Source: Podarcis bocagei
Taxonomy: Eukaryota
Assembly: GCA_964188305.1 (NCBI GenBank)
Contig: OZ076900.1
DNA: 64,000 nucleotides
Reading direction: 5' to 3' (one strand)
The stretch's first letter is position 1. Each line of letters opens with the position of its first letter. A program made the position numbers and the translations under genes. Shown here piece by piece: positions 39,479-51,400 of this stretch. The notes under the pieces were generated by a model. It saw only the letters and a list, made by a program, of their open reading frames with translations. It did no database searches and was not told the DNA's origin.

Positions 39479-41454
39479 TGTCTGGCTACCTTAATCACCA
39501 CATTAAGAGTAACAGCACAGCAACCCACTCAGATCTTAAGATGACAGGTAAAATTTAGGGGTTGGGTCCCCAGCTGCTCACGGACTACTGTTTCCATCAT
39601 CCCTCCCCATTGGTCTTGCTAGCTGGGGTGATGGTAGTTGTAGTCCAAAAACAGCTGGAGACCCAAGTTTGCTTTAAAGGGAAAGTAGGCTGGCCCTGTG
39701 ACACCCTCTGCTGGACAAAAGCACTGCCCCAGAATCTGAACCACCCCCAGTACTGCTAATTGAAATTTATAGAGCGCAAAACTGAAGTTTGATTGGCACG
39801 TCAACCTCTAGGGAGCTTTTAGGTGCTTTGTGCACCACCTAGAGTACCCACAGAATTGTGGCTTCTACTGGCAACACACATAGGAGAACAAATGAAAGAC
39901 AAACACAATGGGCAGGCAAAAACCTGGAAAGGGCCATACCAAATGTACATGTGTGAAGAGGTCACTTTCTGTTTCTTGAGCATTCATCCTGCTTTGCTTG
40001 CACAAAGCTTACACAGAGGTCAGATAATGTCTACTTTTTAGTTAGCATTCATCCTTATTTGTTTCCAGGGTGTTTATATGTTTTCCTATTAACAGTCCAT
40101 TCATCTTGCAGTTTTTAGTGCATTTCCCTATCACATTCCTAGCCACAAAACTATGTTTGTTTCTTTTTTAAAAAGGTATATTTGTTGTACTAGAGGGGCA
40201 GAGCAATTTAATCTACTTTAATTGTACAAACCTAGATGTCTGGCATGTGTTTGAATCTCCCACAAACTAGTGACACCTAAAGATAGATTTATAATTACAA
40301 GAAGCGACCATTTTAGGCGCGTAAAAATGACACACAATCACTGACACACAGGTCCTTCTTGACCTGGAAGAGGGAATAACGGGGGCAGAACAGAGAATGG
40401 GACTCATCACATCTGCTCTGCCAATGCACAAATAAAATGATTATCACCAGTACGGATTGGTTCGGGTGCAAAACCAAACATTGCAATTCACCATCCAAAT
40501 TTCATCCATGCCTTGGGGGGTGAGTTTGAAAAAATAATCCATAAAAATGAAGCAGTGTCTGATAATGTATTCATTCATTCATTTAAAATATTTACTATCT
40601 TACCCTTTGGTTTAATCCGCTTCCACATTGCCCATTCCACTTCAATACATTTCATTGATGGAGGCAGGGACTTAACTTCAAAGGAATTGCTAAGAAGAAT
40701 GAGAGATTATTAGTTAGAAGGAAAGGGCCCTGTTGTGGGGGCATAGAATTACACAAAATGGCTGTCGTGTGAGCCTGGCAAAATAAAACAGCTGCAACAT
40801 CTAAAAGAGTACCTACATCAGCCACTAACATCCTCACTTATAGAGAGAAGCTGTTTGTACCACTCATCTATTCTAAACCAAATCGAGGGATGGAACTCAG
40901 TTCTGCCATCCATGAAATATGATGAGGTTTAAGAGGGCATTCTCAATGTAGGAGAGGCTAAGGCAGTTCAAACAGGAACTGAGCAGGAATATTGTGGGTT
41001 ATTGAGAGGATATTTGCTGAGACCTTTGTAGGTGCAACAGGAAGTACCATGTCCTTGGTGTGAGCAGTGTTTTATCTAGATGGGCCAGTGATCTGATACT
41101 TTGTAGTGGGGGTGGTGGGTGGGGGTCTTCCAGATGTTACTGAACTATGTCTCCCATCATCCTCAGCTGACATGGCCAATAGCTAGGGCTGATGGGAGCT
41201 GTATTCCAGCAACATCTGGAGGGCCAAAGGTTTCGCCCTCCTGCTTTATAAGGCATCTTCCTATCTTCCAGTAGCTAAGCCTGTGCCAGATGCTAGCATT
41301 GTATCAGTGCCTTCCTCTGCAGTCTCAGATAATGGCTTTTAATAAAGCAATAAAGTTTGGGTAGCATCTTTGCCATAAATTTACCTATGGATTGACTTTA
41401 GTTTCTGAGACAATTTAGTTTATTTTCCACTTGGCACCGAGAATGTTGCTAGTA

Positions 41455-41799
41455 CAGTGGTGCCCGCAAGACAAATGCCTCGCAAGACGGAAAACCCGCT
41501 AGATGAAAGGGTTTTCCGTTTTTGAGCTGCTCCGCAAGACGATTTTCCCTATGGGCTTGCTTTGCAAGATGAAAACGTCTTGCCAGTGTTCCGAATTTTT
41601 TTTGCTTTCCCCCCCTTTTTCTAAGCCGCTAAGCCGCTAATAGCCTTTTAGCCGCTAATCCGCTAAACCTTTAATAGCCGCTAAACCGTTAATAGCGCTA
41701 ATCCGCTAAGCCGCTAATAGGGTTGCTTCGCAAGACAAAAAAACCGCTAGACGAAGAGACTCGCGGAACGGATTAATTTCGTCTTGCGAGGCACCACTG
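41455..41799 (+). mobile_element. Tc1/mariner(Tigger)-type MITE, family B, with internal (AAGCCGCT/AATAGCCGCT)n array
   Basis: TA-CAGTGGTGCCCGCAAGAC...GTCTTGCGAGGCACCACTG-TA; repeated CGCAAGACG motifs. Confidence 0.9.
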
Positions 41800-42220
41800 T
41801 ATTAGCTTAGGAAGCCATATGCACTGTGAGGTCATCCATTGCTCTCAAGAATGGGGTGCCTTTAAAACAACATTCTTCCTCATTAGGGTGTGCTGAATTT
41901 TTCAGCTTCCAAAATCCAAAAAATGAGGGGAATTTAAAAGATACTTCGGTTAAATTAGTATAATTTAGTTCTGCTTGGTAAGTAAAATGTGCATTTTACT
42001 TAAATTTTGCAAATAAATAATCAAAATGATGGCCAAGTATTTGTAGTTGTTGTTATTACTATTATTATTAAGCATTACCTGACATTTTCAGAAGGTGAAA
42101 TTAAAATTATTTGGTTTTCTGAGAACAGTTTATATGCTTCTTCATCAGACGTAGACTTGCCATGTTAAATGTTGCCCAATCACAAAAATAATAGCAGATT
42201 TTAATTTCTCATGTCAAAAA

Positions 42221-42288
42221 ACCTCAGGCAAGTAGGTTGTGTCATTTTAGTTTCACCCCCTAAAATGACACAACCTACTGCCTGAGGT
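42221..42288. repeat. Near-perfect inverted repeat (29-bp stem, 1-nt bulge, 9-nt loop)
   Basis: acctcaggca(a)gtaggttgtgtcattttag-tttcacccc-ctaaaatgacacaacctactgcctgaggt. Confidence 0.95.
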
Positions 42289-43380
42289 GGTTGCCTCACT
42301 CTGGCTAATAGGAGGGCCACCTCTGAAGAAGAGGGAGCCCTCGGCCGCACAGAGGTTTAAATTGGGTAAGCCACGCCCCCGGTCGACCGGATTTGTTGGC
42401 CGCGGGGCCTGACATGGGCGTGACATGGCCAGGACTCACAGTGACGCAGGTGGCATCACCATGCCCCGCCCCCCGCTGCACACGGGGAGAGAACATGACC
42501 TGCCTGCAACCCCGCCCCCCTGGGAAGGGGAGTGGCCTACTATTTTAGATGTGGAACGTGCAACAAAAAGGTGTCATGGAAGTTCCTATTCAGTGTTCTA
42601 AACATCTGCAGCCCTATTCCAGGATTCTCCATTCCATTCCCTCTCAGCTTATTGCAGTAAACAAACCTATAAGTCTGTCTGTACTGTAAAATGAAATAGT
42701 TTGCAGAACAAGTCGTCTCCTGGGTTAGCTTGCCATGGCAACATTCATTCTTTTGTTGTTTTTCATTTGCTGGCTTCAACCAGCTAGTCATATTTCTTCT
42801 TCAAGGACAAATCAGAGAAGCATAGACTGTGATTCTGTGTCAGTAATGGAACTAAATAAATTCATCATAATGAACAACTTTGCATCTGGCTGGACTTGAG
42901 GATCATTCTGGATTATCTACTTTTTTCTTTAAAAACGTTTAGGGGTACTCTCATTTTCCTACTCATATTAAAATACTGCCCCTCAATGAGGCCAAACTTA
43001 GATTCACAAAATGTTTACGGGTATGCGTACCCCTGCGTCCCCCCCAGGAAAAAAACACACTGCCAGAATTGCAATTCTTGAAGCCGGGAGATTTCAGTGA
43101 CTGCTTCCTCTCAGAACCTCTTGGACTCAAGAACTGTTAATTTTGGTGAGATTTCTTGTGGGAATTACACAAACACACTCCTCTCCATCTCACATTTTCC
43201 AGACATATTGACATGGAGAAGCAGCAGCAGCATTCAGCTTGGAACTAGGCAGCCTTTGGATAAATGGGTTTGTTGTGTGCCAGTATACCCAGAATCATCT
43301 GAAATTAATAGCCTTAGGAAAACAGCTTTCAGGGTTTTGTATTCTGCAAAAAGAAGCCAAAATAATACCTTTACCCAAGG

Positions 43381-43485
43381 TGTATATGAAGAAGTGTGCG
43401 TGCACACGAAAGCTCATACCAATAACAAGCTTAGTTGGTCTCTAAGGTGCTACTGGAAGGAATTTTTGTTTGTTTGTTTGTTTCA
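43381..43485 (+). mobile_element. Penelope-like retroelement fragment carrying a degenerate minimal hammerhead ribozyme motif
   Basis: tgaagaagtgtgcgtgcacacgaaagctcataccaataacaagcttagttggtctctaaggtgctactgg; 14-bp TSD acctttacccaagg (43367-43380 / 43486-43499). Confidence 0.8.
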
Positions 43486-44613
43486 ACCTTTACCCAAGGA
43501 TAAGGGATAAATTCCATCAGTTTGCATTTAAAGGTAAACCTACCTATTTCACATTCTGAAAGTGTAAGAGACCTGAAACACAGCCATCCTTTGAAATTCA
43601 AACATTTCTGAGTTGTGCAATTTTCCAACCAAGTAGCGTGTACCAAAATGTTATTTTATTTGTGAAAATAACATACAAATAACCTACATTGTTTTAGGGA
43701 TAAATTGATTTGCAAAAATGTGTATTGGGCAAAATTTAATACAAACACGTGCATATTAGGAGAAATTTGCACTGAAATAGCGATGAATTCTCATGAGGAC
43801 TTATTTATTGTTTTAATGAATGCCAAACTGACATGGAAATGGAGAACCGCAGGCTGGAAAACTTAATGGTCAGGGGTCCCTTTACCTTTACCTATCTGCA
43901 TACATTTTTTAAAAGGGGGTTACATTTCCCACTCTAATTCTGAACATTTTAATCAGTTTAATGCAGGATGAAAGCGCAGATTCTGCTTCTTCTGTTTAAA
44001 CCAGGGCCGGGATTTGAAGCTCAGAAGCTTTAGAAAAAAGAGCACTGCTTAATCCTTTTCTTGGCTCTTACCAGCCCCGATTCCAAACCTATGTTTTAGA
44101 TGTTGGCGGGAGAGTTCCTTGTACAAGGGAGTGGTAGTGAGGAGAGAAGCAGTGGGTGATGGGAGAGTTAAGCATCCTTCCTCCACTCCCTCCCCAAACC
44201 ATTTTACTGCATACTGTGCCCTTCTAGCTTCAATTTGCATAGGCGAAACAGCCACCAGGTTTGAAAAGGTTGCAGCAGAGTGTGTAATTTCACCCACACA
44301 TTCAGCGTTACAACTTTCCATGCAATATATATAACTTACAAAGCCTTTGTCCCTTGAATTGCAAGCATTTTTGTTAATTGCCGAGGAAATTCATCATCTA
44401 GTATTGGCTGATCTCCAAAAGAAAAGTGCGGAAACTAATTAAACATTTAGTTTAAGGTGAAATTAGCATACTTAGAATTCCAATTTATTCCAAACACAAT
44501 AATTGACTTCTGCAGAAGCTTCCCCACTACCTTTTTTCTTCATGTAATAAAGGTGGGCATAAATTAATTGTGCGTCTTTTTTCTTCTTCTCCTCTCACCC
44601 TCTCCTTTAACAG

Positions 44614-44766
44614 CAGTACATTTATTTGGCCTAACTTGGCAGCTACAGCCTGTTGGAGGGCACCTTTATGAAAATGGAGTCAGTAAAGGAAGCAAAGGCA
44701 CAGAGTTCCTGGACACAACCTACTCACCCATCGGAGGGAAAAGTTCTGATAAAACAGAAAGAAAAG
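44614..44766 (+). CDS. TENM1: Teneurin-1 coding exon (~exon 6), juxtamembrane extracellular linker
   Basis: tctcctttaacag| acceptor and AAG|gtacat donor; 153 nt; encodes AVHLFGLTWQLQPVGGHLYENGVSKGSKGTEFLDTTYSPIGGKSSDKTERK. Confidence 0.95.
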
Positions 44767-47136
44767 GTACATCCCTTTCTCTTTCAAATGCTTAAGTCAG
44801 AGGTCACAAACATGACGACATTGAAGTCTTCCCCTCGTCCCCACGAAGCCTCTGCATCTTCTCCCTTCACTGCCCCACCCCCGGTCATGAGGCGGTGAGG
44901 ATGGTTACTTCTTTCTCCCTTGAATGCATAGAGCTGAAGGAGGAAATTGCAAAAGTGATACTTTCCAATTTTCCATTTCAGATTAATTATACTGTATCCC
45001 GCTTTTACCCAGATTCCTTGGAAAAGCTACTTGCATGTCTGCTCGCTTTGTTGCTTTCTGTCTTTTGGGCAGGGTGGCAGAGGGACTGATTGGGGAAAAG
45101 GAGAGAGAAGGAACCAGGGGAAATGGCACTCACAACATGAAAAATTCAAATATGCCCATTGGCCTAAAGAGTTTGTTGACTCCTTATTTAAGCTGTTGAC
45201 ATTGCTTTTCCTGTTCTACATGATACTATTACCGAACTGAGGCAGTCACCTATACTGTTGTTCTAGACTGTGCTTAGCAATAAAAGTTGCTCTGCTAGGC
45301 ATCCATTTTGACATTGACTCTTCTAGGAAATAACTTGACAGCTTGTGTTCCTTCATAGCACAGAAAGGGTATCAGAGGGGAATAAGTATAGATTATTTTT
45401 TGCTGTTTTGCTTAATTAACCCAAACTCTGTTACTGGAGAGGTATCATAGTTGTGGAACTCTAACTCTATTTATGGAAAGCACAGTGGTTGCCAAATTCT
45501 CTTCCCGGGGACTTAGAGAATTTGATCGGTCTTTCAAAGGAGCTTGGTGGTACTTGTATCTTGCACCAAGTCTTGAGCATCATTTATCATTATGTGCTAG
45601 TTTACACATTTAGCTGAATAGAGCAGAGAAGCTTTTTTCCTGGATGCTATCAAATCAGACTGGTGATGGTGGAAAGGGAATTGACATGTTTGAATGGTCC
45701 CCCATCATGGGAGGAATAAGTACTCATTAATGAGAAATTATGATGGCAATCAAATTTTGCACATTGACAGAGGCTGGTTCCTTTAAGGTGGCATTTCTGA
45801 ACACTCTGGCATGTGGTTATGTTAGTATTTTAATAGGTTGCACTATGATTAAAAAATCGAGACATCCTATTGATGGCTGGTGCTTAGCAGGGAAGCATAA
45901 TGAGATTGATTGTTTCAGGAATCAGTGATGATCTTCACACAGGCACTTCACTGGGAGGATAATTGGTGCTTTGCTGCTCAGATTTTCAATTTCTTGAAGC
46001 CATGAGCAATCAGTGATTAGGAGTCTGTCTTTGCTGTCAGTATGCTCAAAAATGATGTAAAAAGCAGGATAACGCATTTATAGTAGGAATACATTTTAAA
46101 ACTTTATTTTATATAAGGTGCATTGAAGTGAACAGGAAAATGTCAAGAGAATAATAAGCATTGCTGTTTGGGAAAGCTCATCACTTGACAAAAGAGAAGC
46201 TTCTTGAAATACCAGACACAGAACCCAATTTTATGCAAGCATGGAAGACCACCTGCTCTGCATACAGAAGGTCCCAGGTTTAATCCTTAGTATGTTGTGG
46301 CGCCTTCCAGATATTGTTGGACTGCAGCTCACATCAGGCCTAACCAGCACAGCCAATGGCCAGCAATGATGGGAACTGTAGTCAAGCAATGTGTGGAGGG
46401 TACCACATTGGCTAGTGTAGACCATGCTAGATAGTGAAATAATCTGACACAGTATAAGGCAACAGTATAAGTTTACTTTGAAGTAAATCTGACTGAGTTC
46501 ATTGAGGTTTACTCCCAAGTCAGTGTAGTTATGGTTTTAGACTATGGCTGCGATCCTATGAGCATCTATTTGACAATATGTCTAATTTAACTCAGTGGGA
46601 CTTCCTTCTAAATAAACTTGCATAAGATTGGGATCCATGTCTGATAAACCTACTAACCACGCTGTTCCATCTCCCACAGTAATACCCATGGCAAAAAAAC
46701 AACAACCAACTAATTAATGCTAAGCATTAAACCAGGGGCTTGAGAAGCTTATTGTGTGTAAACATCCTGAATTCTATCCATTGTGATAAAAAAAGAGCTT
46801 CCCACTCTTTTGCCTTTGGGAAGTTAAAGCTAAATTATTCAAGGTGTTGTGTTGCCTTCCAAAATCCATCCATTTACAGCAGGACTGGGAAACCTGTAGA
46901 CCTCAGATGGTTGCTGGACTCCACCCCTACTACACCTGACCATTGCCCAAGCTAGGTGGGGTTGATAGAAGTTGGAGTCTGGTGACATATGGAATGCCAC
47001 GGGTTCCTCAGCTCTCCTAGATAGGCATCCTCTGGATGCTGTAAAATATAAAAATCTCTGGTTATCAAATGAGAGAATGAATGTGAGCTGTGAATAACAG
47101 CTTGAGGCTGAAATTTGAGTAGCTCTGAGATAGCAG

Positions 47137-47517
47137 GTAAAGGTAAAGGACCCCTGGACAGTTAATTCCAGTCAAACTTGACTATGGGGTGTGACACTCA
47201 TCTCCACTTTCAGGCTGAGGGAGCTGGCGTTTGTCCACAGACAGCTTTCCGCGTCATGTGGCCAGCATGACTAAACTGCTTCTGGTGCAACAAAACACAA
47301 TGACAAAAGCCAGAGCACACAGAAACCCTGTTTACCTTCCCACCACAGCAGTACCTGTTTATCTTCTTGCATTAGGATGCTTTCGAACTGCTAGCTTGGC
47401 AGGAGCTAGGACAGAGCAACAGGAGCTCACCCCATCATGGGGATTCGAACCACTGACTTTCCGATCAGCAAGCCCAAGAAGCTCCGTGGTTTAGACCACA
47501 ACAGCACCAACTCCTTT
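47137..47517 (-). mobile_element. Sauria SINE (Squam1), full length, older subfamily
   Basis: gtaaaggtaaaggacccctggac tail through ggtttagaccaca head; 13-bp TSD tctgagatagcag (47124-47136 / 47518-47530). Confidence 0.92.
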
Positions 47518-48552
47518 TCTGAGATAGCAGAATGGGTGGTCAGTTCTTTACTTAGTTTTTCCTCATTCTGGGCCTCAGCAATGTAAATCAATAAAGAAGA
47601 ACAGAGCAGGGGGACGGCTTGCTTTGAAATGAGTTGGAACTTTCTGAGCTTTGGTGGGGGGAGCTTGACCTGAGGAAGGAGAAGTAGGTAGCATGTGGTA
47701 AAGAGCACCCATCAGCCCAACCAGTAGCAACTGATGTGCAGAGTGTCTTTATGCTGCGGTTCATGGGGGCTTCTTTGAACTCAAGCAGGGCTAGCCCTAC
47801 TATAGGGCAGTGTGTGTGAAATGGTAAAGAGGATAAAGCGACTTTTGATTACATACTGTAAACCAGCTCATAGATTTATGCATTTTACTTTACAATTATA
47901 GAATAGAAAGGCTTGCCGCAAGTGGGTGAATGATGGACAGTTCTGCTAAGAAGGAACCATTTCCATAACAGCATCATGTCATGCCTGAATAATATCACCT
48001 GATACTACAATATATTGTTTCATCTCCCATCAGAACAGCAGATCTTTAAACTTTCATTTTAGAAAGTAAGGTAGTTACAATCTCATTTAAAGGCCGTCAA
48101 CACTGACCAACATTTCCATTACTGTTAAACACATTGTTTTGTCCTTGACCTTAGAGTTATTGTACTAAAACAATGCAATTGACTCTTTATACTTAATGGC
48201 AATAGCATAAGAAAATATGTTTTTGCATTTTGCTTAACGTTATAGATAATGGCTTGTAAAAAGTTTGCTTCAAGTCAGTATCTCCCTTTGAGTAATGTCT
48301 TTTAGATTATGATTCTGTAAGTAGGGACTGTCCTGTTTAAACTGATTTTATCCCAGCCATTCTGCAAGCCTTCGTGGCTGAGCACTGGGTTCCAAAGCTC
48401 TAAAATAAACAAACCAAGGAAATAAATAAATCTGAAAGGTCTTTAAAGCTGAAGAATGATGAATGCTACTGCTTTTCTTATGGTTTAATTGCAGTCCAAA
48501 GTCTATTAGGTTGCAAGTATGTAGGCAGCCCATAGACATTACTTAATTATAG

Positions 48553-49110
48553 TGTTATGAGTTTGTGGGTGCCAGAACACTATAATCCTTGGATTCAGCA
48601 TGTGTTAGAATTTAATTAAGGCTTGGTGTGCTAAAATGAGTGCTGGTCTTAAAATAAAAGCCAGGCTAGTTTTCTGATGAGGTATTAACCTGGGGTGATA
48701 AGCTATTAAGAAAACAAAGGCAATGGGCTATTAAGAAAGCAATGATCAAAGGAGGATCAGTACTAGATGGCAAATGGGTAGGGCCCCTCCCTCAACAGAT
48801 AGAGCAATGTGAGTTAGAAGATTAGAGTAGACTTAGGAGTTATGTGACAGAGAACCAAAGCAGCAGGCAGAGCACAATGTTTGATGTCTGTTTGAATCCA
48901 AGGCTGCACCTATGGGAGAAGCAAGGTCCTATTGGGGCGTTAATTCTGCAAAGCCCTGCTTCGTAGGCTCAGGTTGTATATATGTGTCAATAAACCATAT
49001 ATCCTAAAGACACAACAGTCTCCACTTACCACGTTTCCAAAAGGAAACAAGGATTCTTGGTGAGAGCCTGGAACCCCTGGAGATTGGAGTGGCGTAGAAT
49101 TTCTGTACCA
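48553..49110 (+). mobile_element. Solo-LTR-like repeat
   Basis: Starts TGTTA, has AATAAA at 48989-48994, ends near ...TACCA; homologous to 1-410; TSD not resolved. Confidence 0.55.
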
Positions 49111-49292
49111 CTCAAGATATAAAAATAACAGAGCAGTGTATATTTAAAGGCTTGGACATTTTAATGATAAATGATGATGGTGGAATAATTTAACCACAAC
49201 TTGTTTGGAGCTGTTCACAAATTGACGCTAATTTAAGCCAGATATTTATCCATCTCTTTCAGGCACTTGACAGGCTCAGCTGCTTAGGAATA

Positions 49293-49571
49293 CAGTGGTA
49301 CCTCGCAAGACGAATGCCTCGCAAGACGAAAAACGCGCAAGACGAAAGAGTTTTCCGTTTTTTGAGTCGTTCCGCAAGACGAATTTCCCTATGGGCTTGC
49401 TTCGCAAGACGTTTCGTCTTGCGAGTTCTTGCGAGTTTGTTTCCTTTTTCTTAAAGCCGCTAAGCCGTTAATAGCCGCTAAGCCGCTAATAGCCGTGCTT
49501 CGCAAGACGAAAAAACCGCAAGACGAAGAGACTCGCGGAACGGATTAATTTCGTCTTGCGAGGCACCACTG
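49293..49571 (+). mobile_element. Tc1/mariner(Tigger)-type MITE, family B
   Basis: TA-CAGTGGTACCTCGCAAGACG...CGTCTTGCGAGGCACCACTG-TA; nearly all CpGs intact. Confidence 0.92.
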
Positions 49572-49918
49572 TATGAGTTATTTTAGATTTGATGAAAAAA
49601 TGAGGTTGGGAGCAACAGAACATACTCTTCACTTCTCTGTTAGATCCACACTGTCCACTTTGTTAGGTTCGCTTGGCCGTCCGCAGACAAATGTTGAAAG
49701 CATGATAAGAAAAGCAGTTGGAGAAGACTTGGGATTCTGGTCCTCTTGTCCCAGCATACACTGAATGCCTCTGAGAAATTCTTAAAGGGATGGGCATAGT
49801 TAAGCACGTTCCTCAAACTTCTTTGGACAGAGTTGAGCATGTTTCTCAAACTGTTCTTCTCATTCTTTTTAAATGACAGCAAACTCTTTCTTCTTCTTCT
49901 TTGTTTCTGGAGAAATAG

Positions 49919-50118
49919 TGTTTCAGAAAGGACAGGCAATAGACACGGGGGAAATTGAAATTGGAGTTCAAGTGATTCAAGCCATTCTTCCAGGCCTCTT
50001 CTGGCGTTTCCAGATTATGATCCATCACCCAATGTACCTGAAATTTAATGTTTCTCTGGCAAAGGACTCACTTTTTGGGATATATGGGAGACGCAATATT
50101 CCCCCTACTCACACACAG
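49919..50118 (+). CDS. TENM1: Teneurin-1 coding exon (~exon 7), extracellular linker domain
   Basis: ...gaaatag| acceptor and CAG|gtattt donor; 200 nt; encodes [67 protein letters not shown]. Confidence 0.94.
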
Positions 50119-50597
50119 GTATTTATTTATTTATTTACTTACTTACTTACTTACTTTAAAAATTAGCTATTTCAGATATATATGGTGTTCACTATTAAGT
50201 TGACTGCTGTTAACTTTCCTTCTTAACCTTCCTTGACAAATACATTCCTTTATCAATTTAGGCAAAGAGAAGAAAGTTCTCAGTTTTTTGTTATTTTGGT
50301 ACAAAGCACAAAAGGTCACCAAGCATATAGATGATGTCCCACAATGTTTGTTTGTTTGTTTGTTTTTTATGTCAGCAACCTGATTTGCCAACCCTTGCAA
50401 GAAACAAGGTTCAGAGGTGACAAAGGAACTACTCTGTTTGTTGGCAGGGAGGAGTGATAGAAATGAAAACATTCAACAGAAGCAAAATCAGTGGCAGTAA
50501 AATGGTAGCAGCAGCAGTGGGGTAAATTTGCGGGGAGCGAGCTGTAAAGACCTATGAGGGCTGCGTATAGTGCACCAGCTGCACAGCACTGAAATAC

Positions 50598-50672
50598 AGA
50601 CATCCTGCACTTCAGGGTGTTGGACTAGATTACTCTCATGGTCCCTTCCAACTCTACAGTTCTATGATTCTG
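50598..50672 (+). mobile_element. CR1 LINE 3' terminus
   Basis: cctgcacttcagggtgttggactagattactctcatggtcccttccaactctacagttctatgattct. Confidence 0.8.
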
Positions 50673-51109
50673 CATTTAGGAACATGGAATATTCTCCCCA
50701 GAGGTGTACTGCCATAAGTACATGCTCTAACCACTGCACAGCCACATTTTGATAGCTAGAGGAAGTCCTTCCAGAAAGAACAAGATTTGGCTTTGCCTCT
50801 TATTGCAACATTTACTCAGTTTTCCAGTTGCTCGTAGAAAAAAATTACCTCCTCATGCATGAATTGTCCAGTCTACTGAGCGTGTTCTTTCATCCTTAAT
50901 GGGGTCATGGACCCCACTTTGCAAACTCTGTTCCATGCATAATGGCATTATTTGTACATAATAATAGGACTGTGGGACTGAAAGGAAACTGGGCACTGCA
51001 TACTACCACTCTGGTCCCACACAGTCCTTCCATGTTGCAGAAGAACAGGAACTTGCAGAAGAATTCTTTCCAAAGGTTTTAATGTTGAGATTGGTGTGAT
51101 ACTTATACA

Positions 51110-51400
51110 GATTGCTGTAACAAACAAAAACAATAACCCCCAGTTTAAGAGGCCATAGATAGGCTAATTAAACAAAGGCCTGGGAAAAGAGGAAAGTTTT
51201 TGCCTGCACCTAAATATATGTAATGAGGGTGCCAGGCGAGCCTCCCTGGGGAGAGCACTCACAAACTGGGAGCCACTGCAAAAAACGCCTGTTCTTGTGT
51301 TCCGACCCTCCAGACTTCTTGTGGAGGAGGCACACAAAGAACAACCTCAGCTGGTGAGTGCAGGGTCCAAGATGGTTTACATCAGGAGAGGCGGCTTTAA
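51110..51400 (-). mobile_element. L2 LINE 3' fragment (related copy ~62300-62545)
   Basis: aaaggcctgggaaaagaggaaagtttttgcctg...ggtgccaggcgagcctccctggggagagca, the L2 ORF2 end in reverse. Confidence 0.7.
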
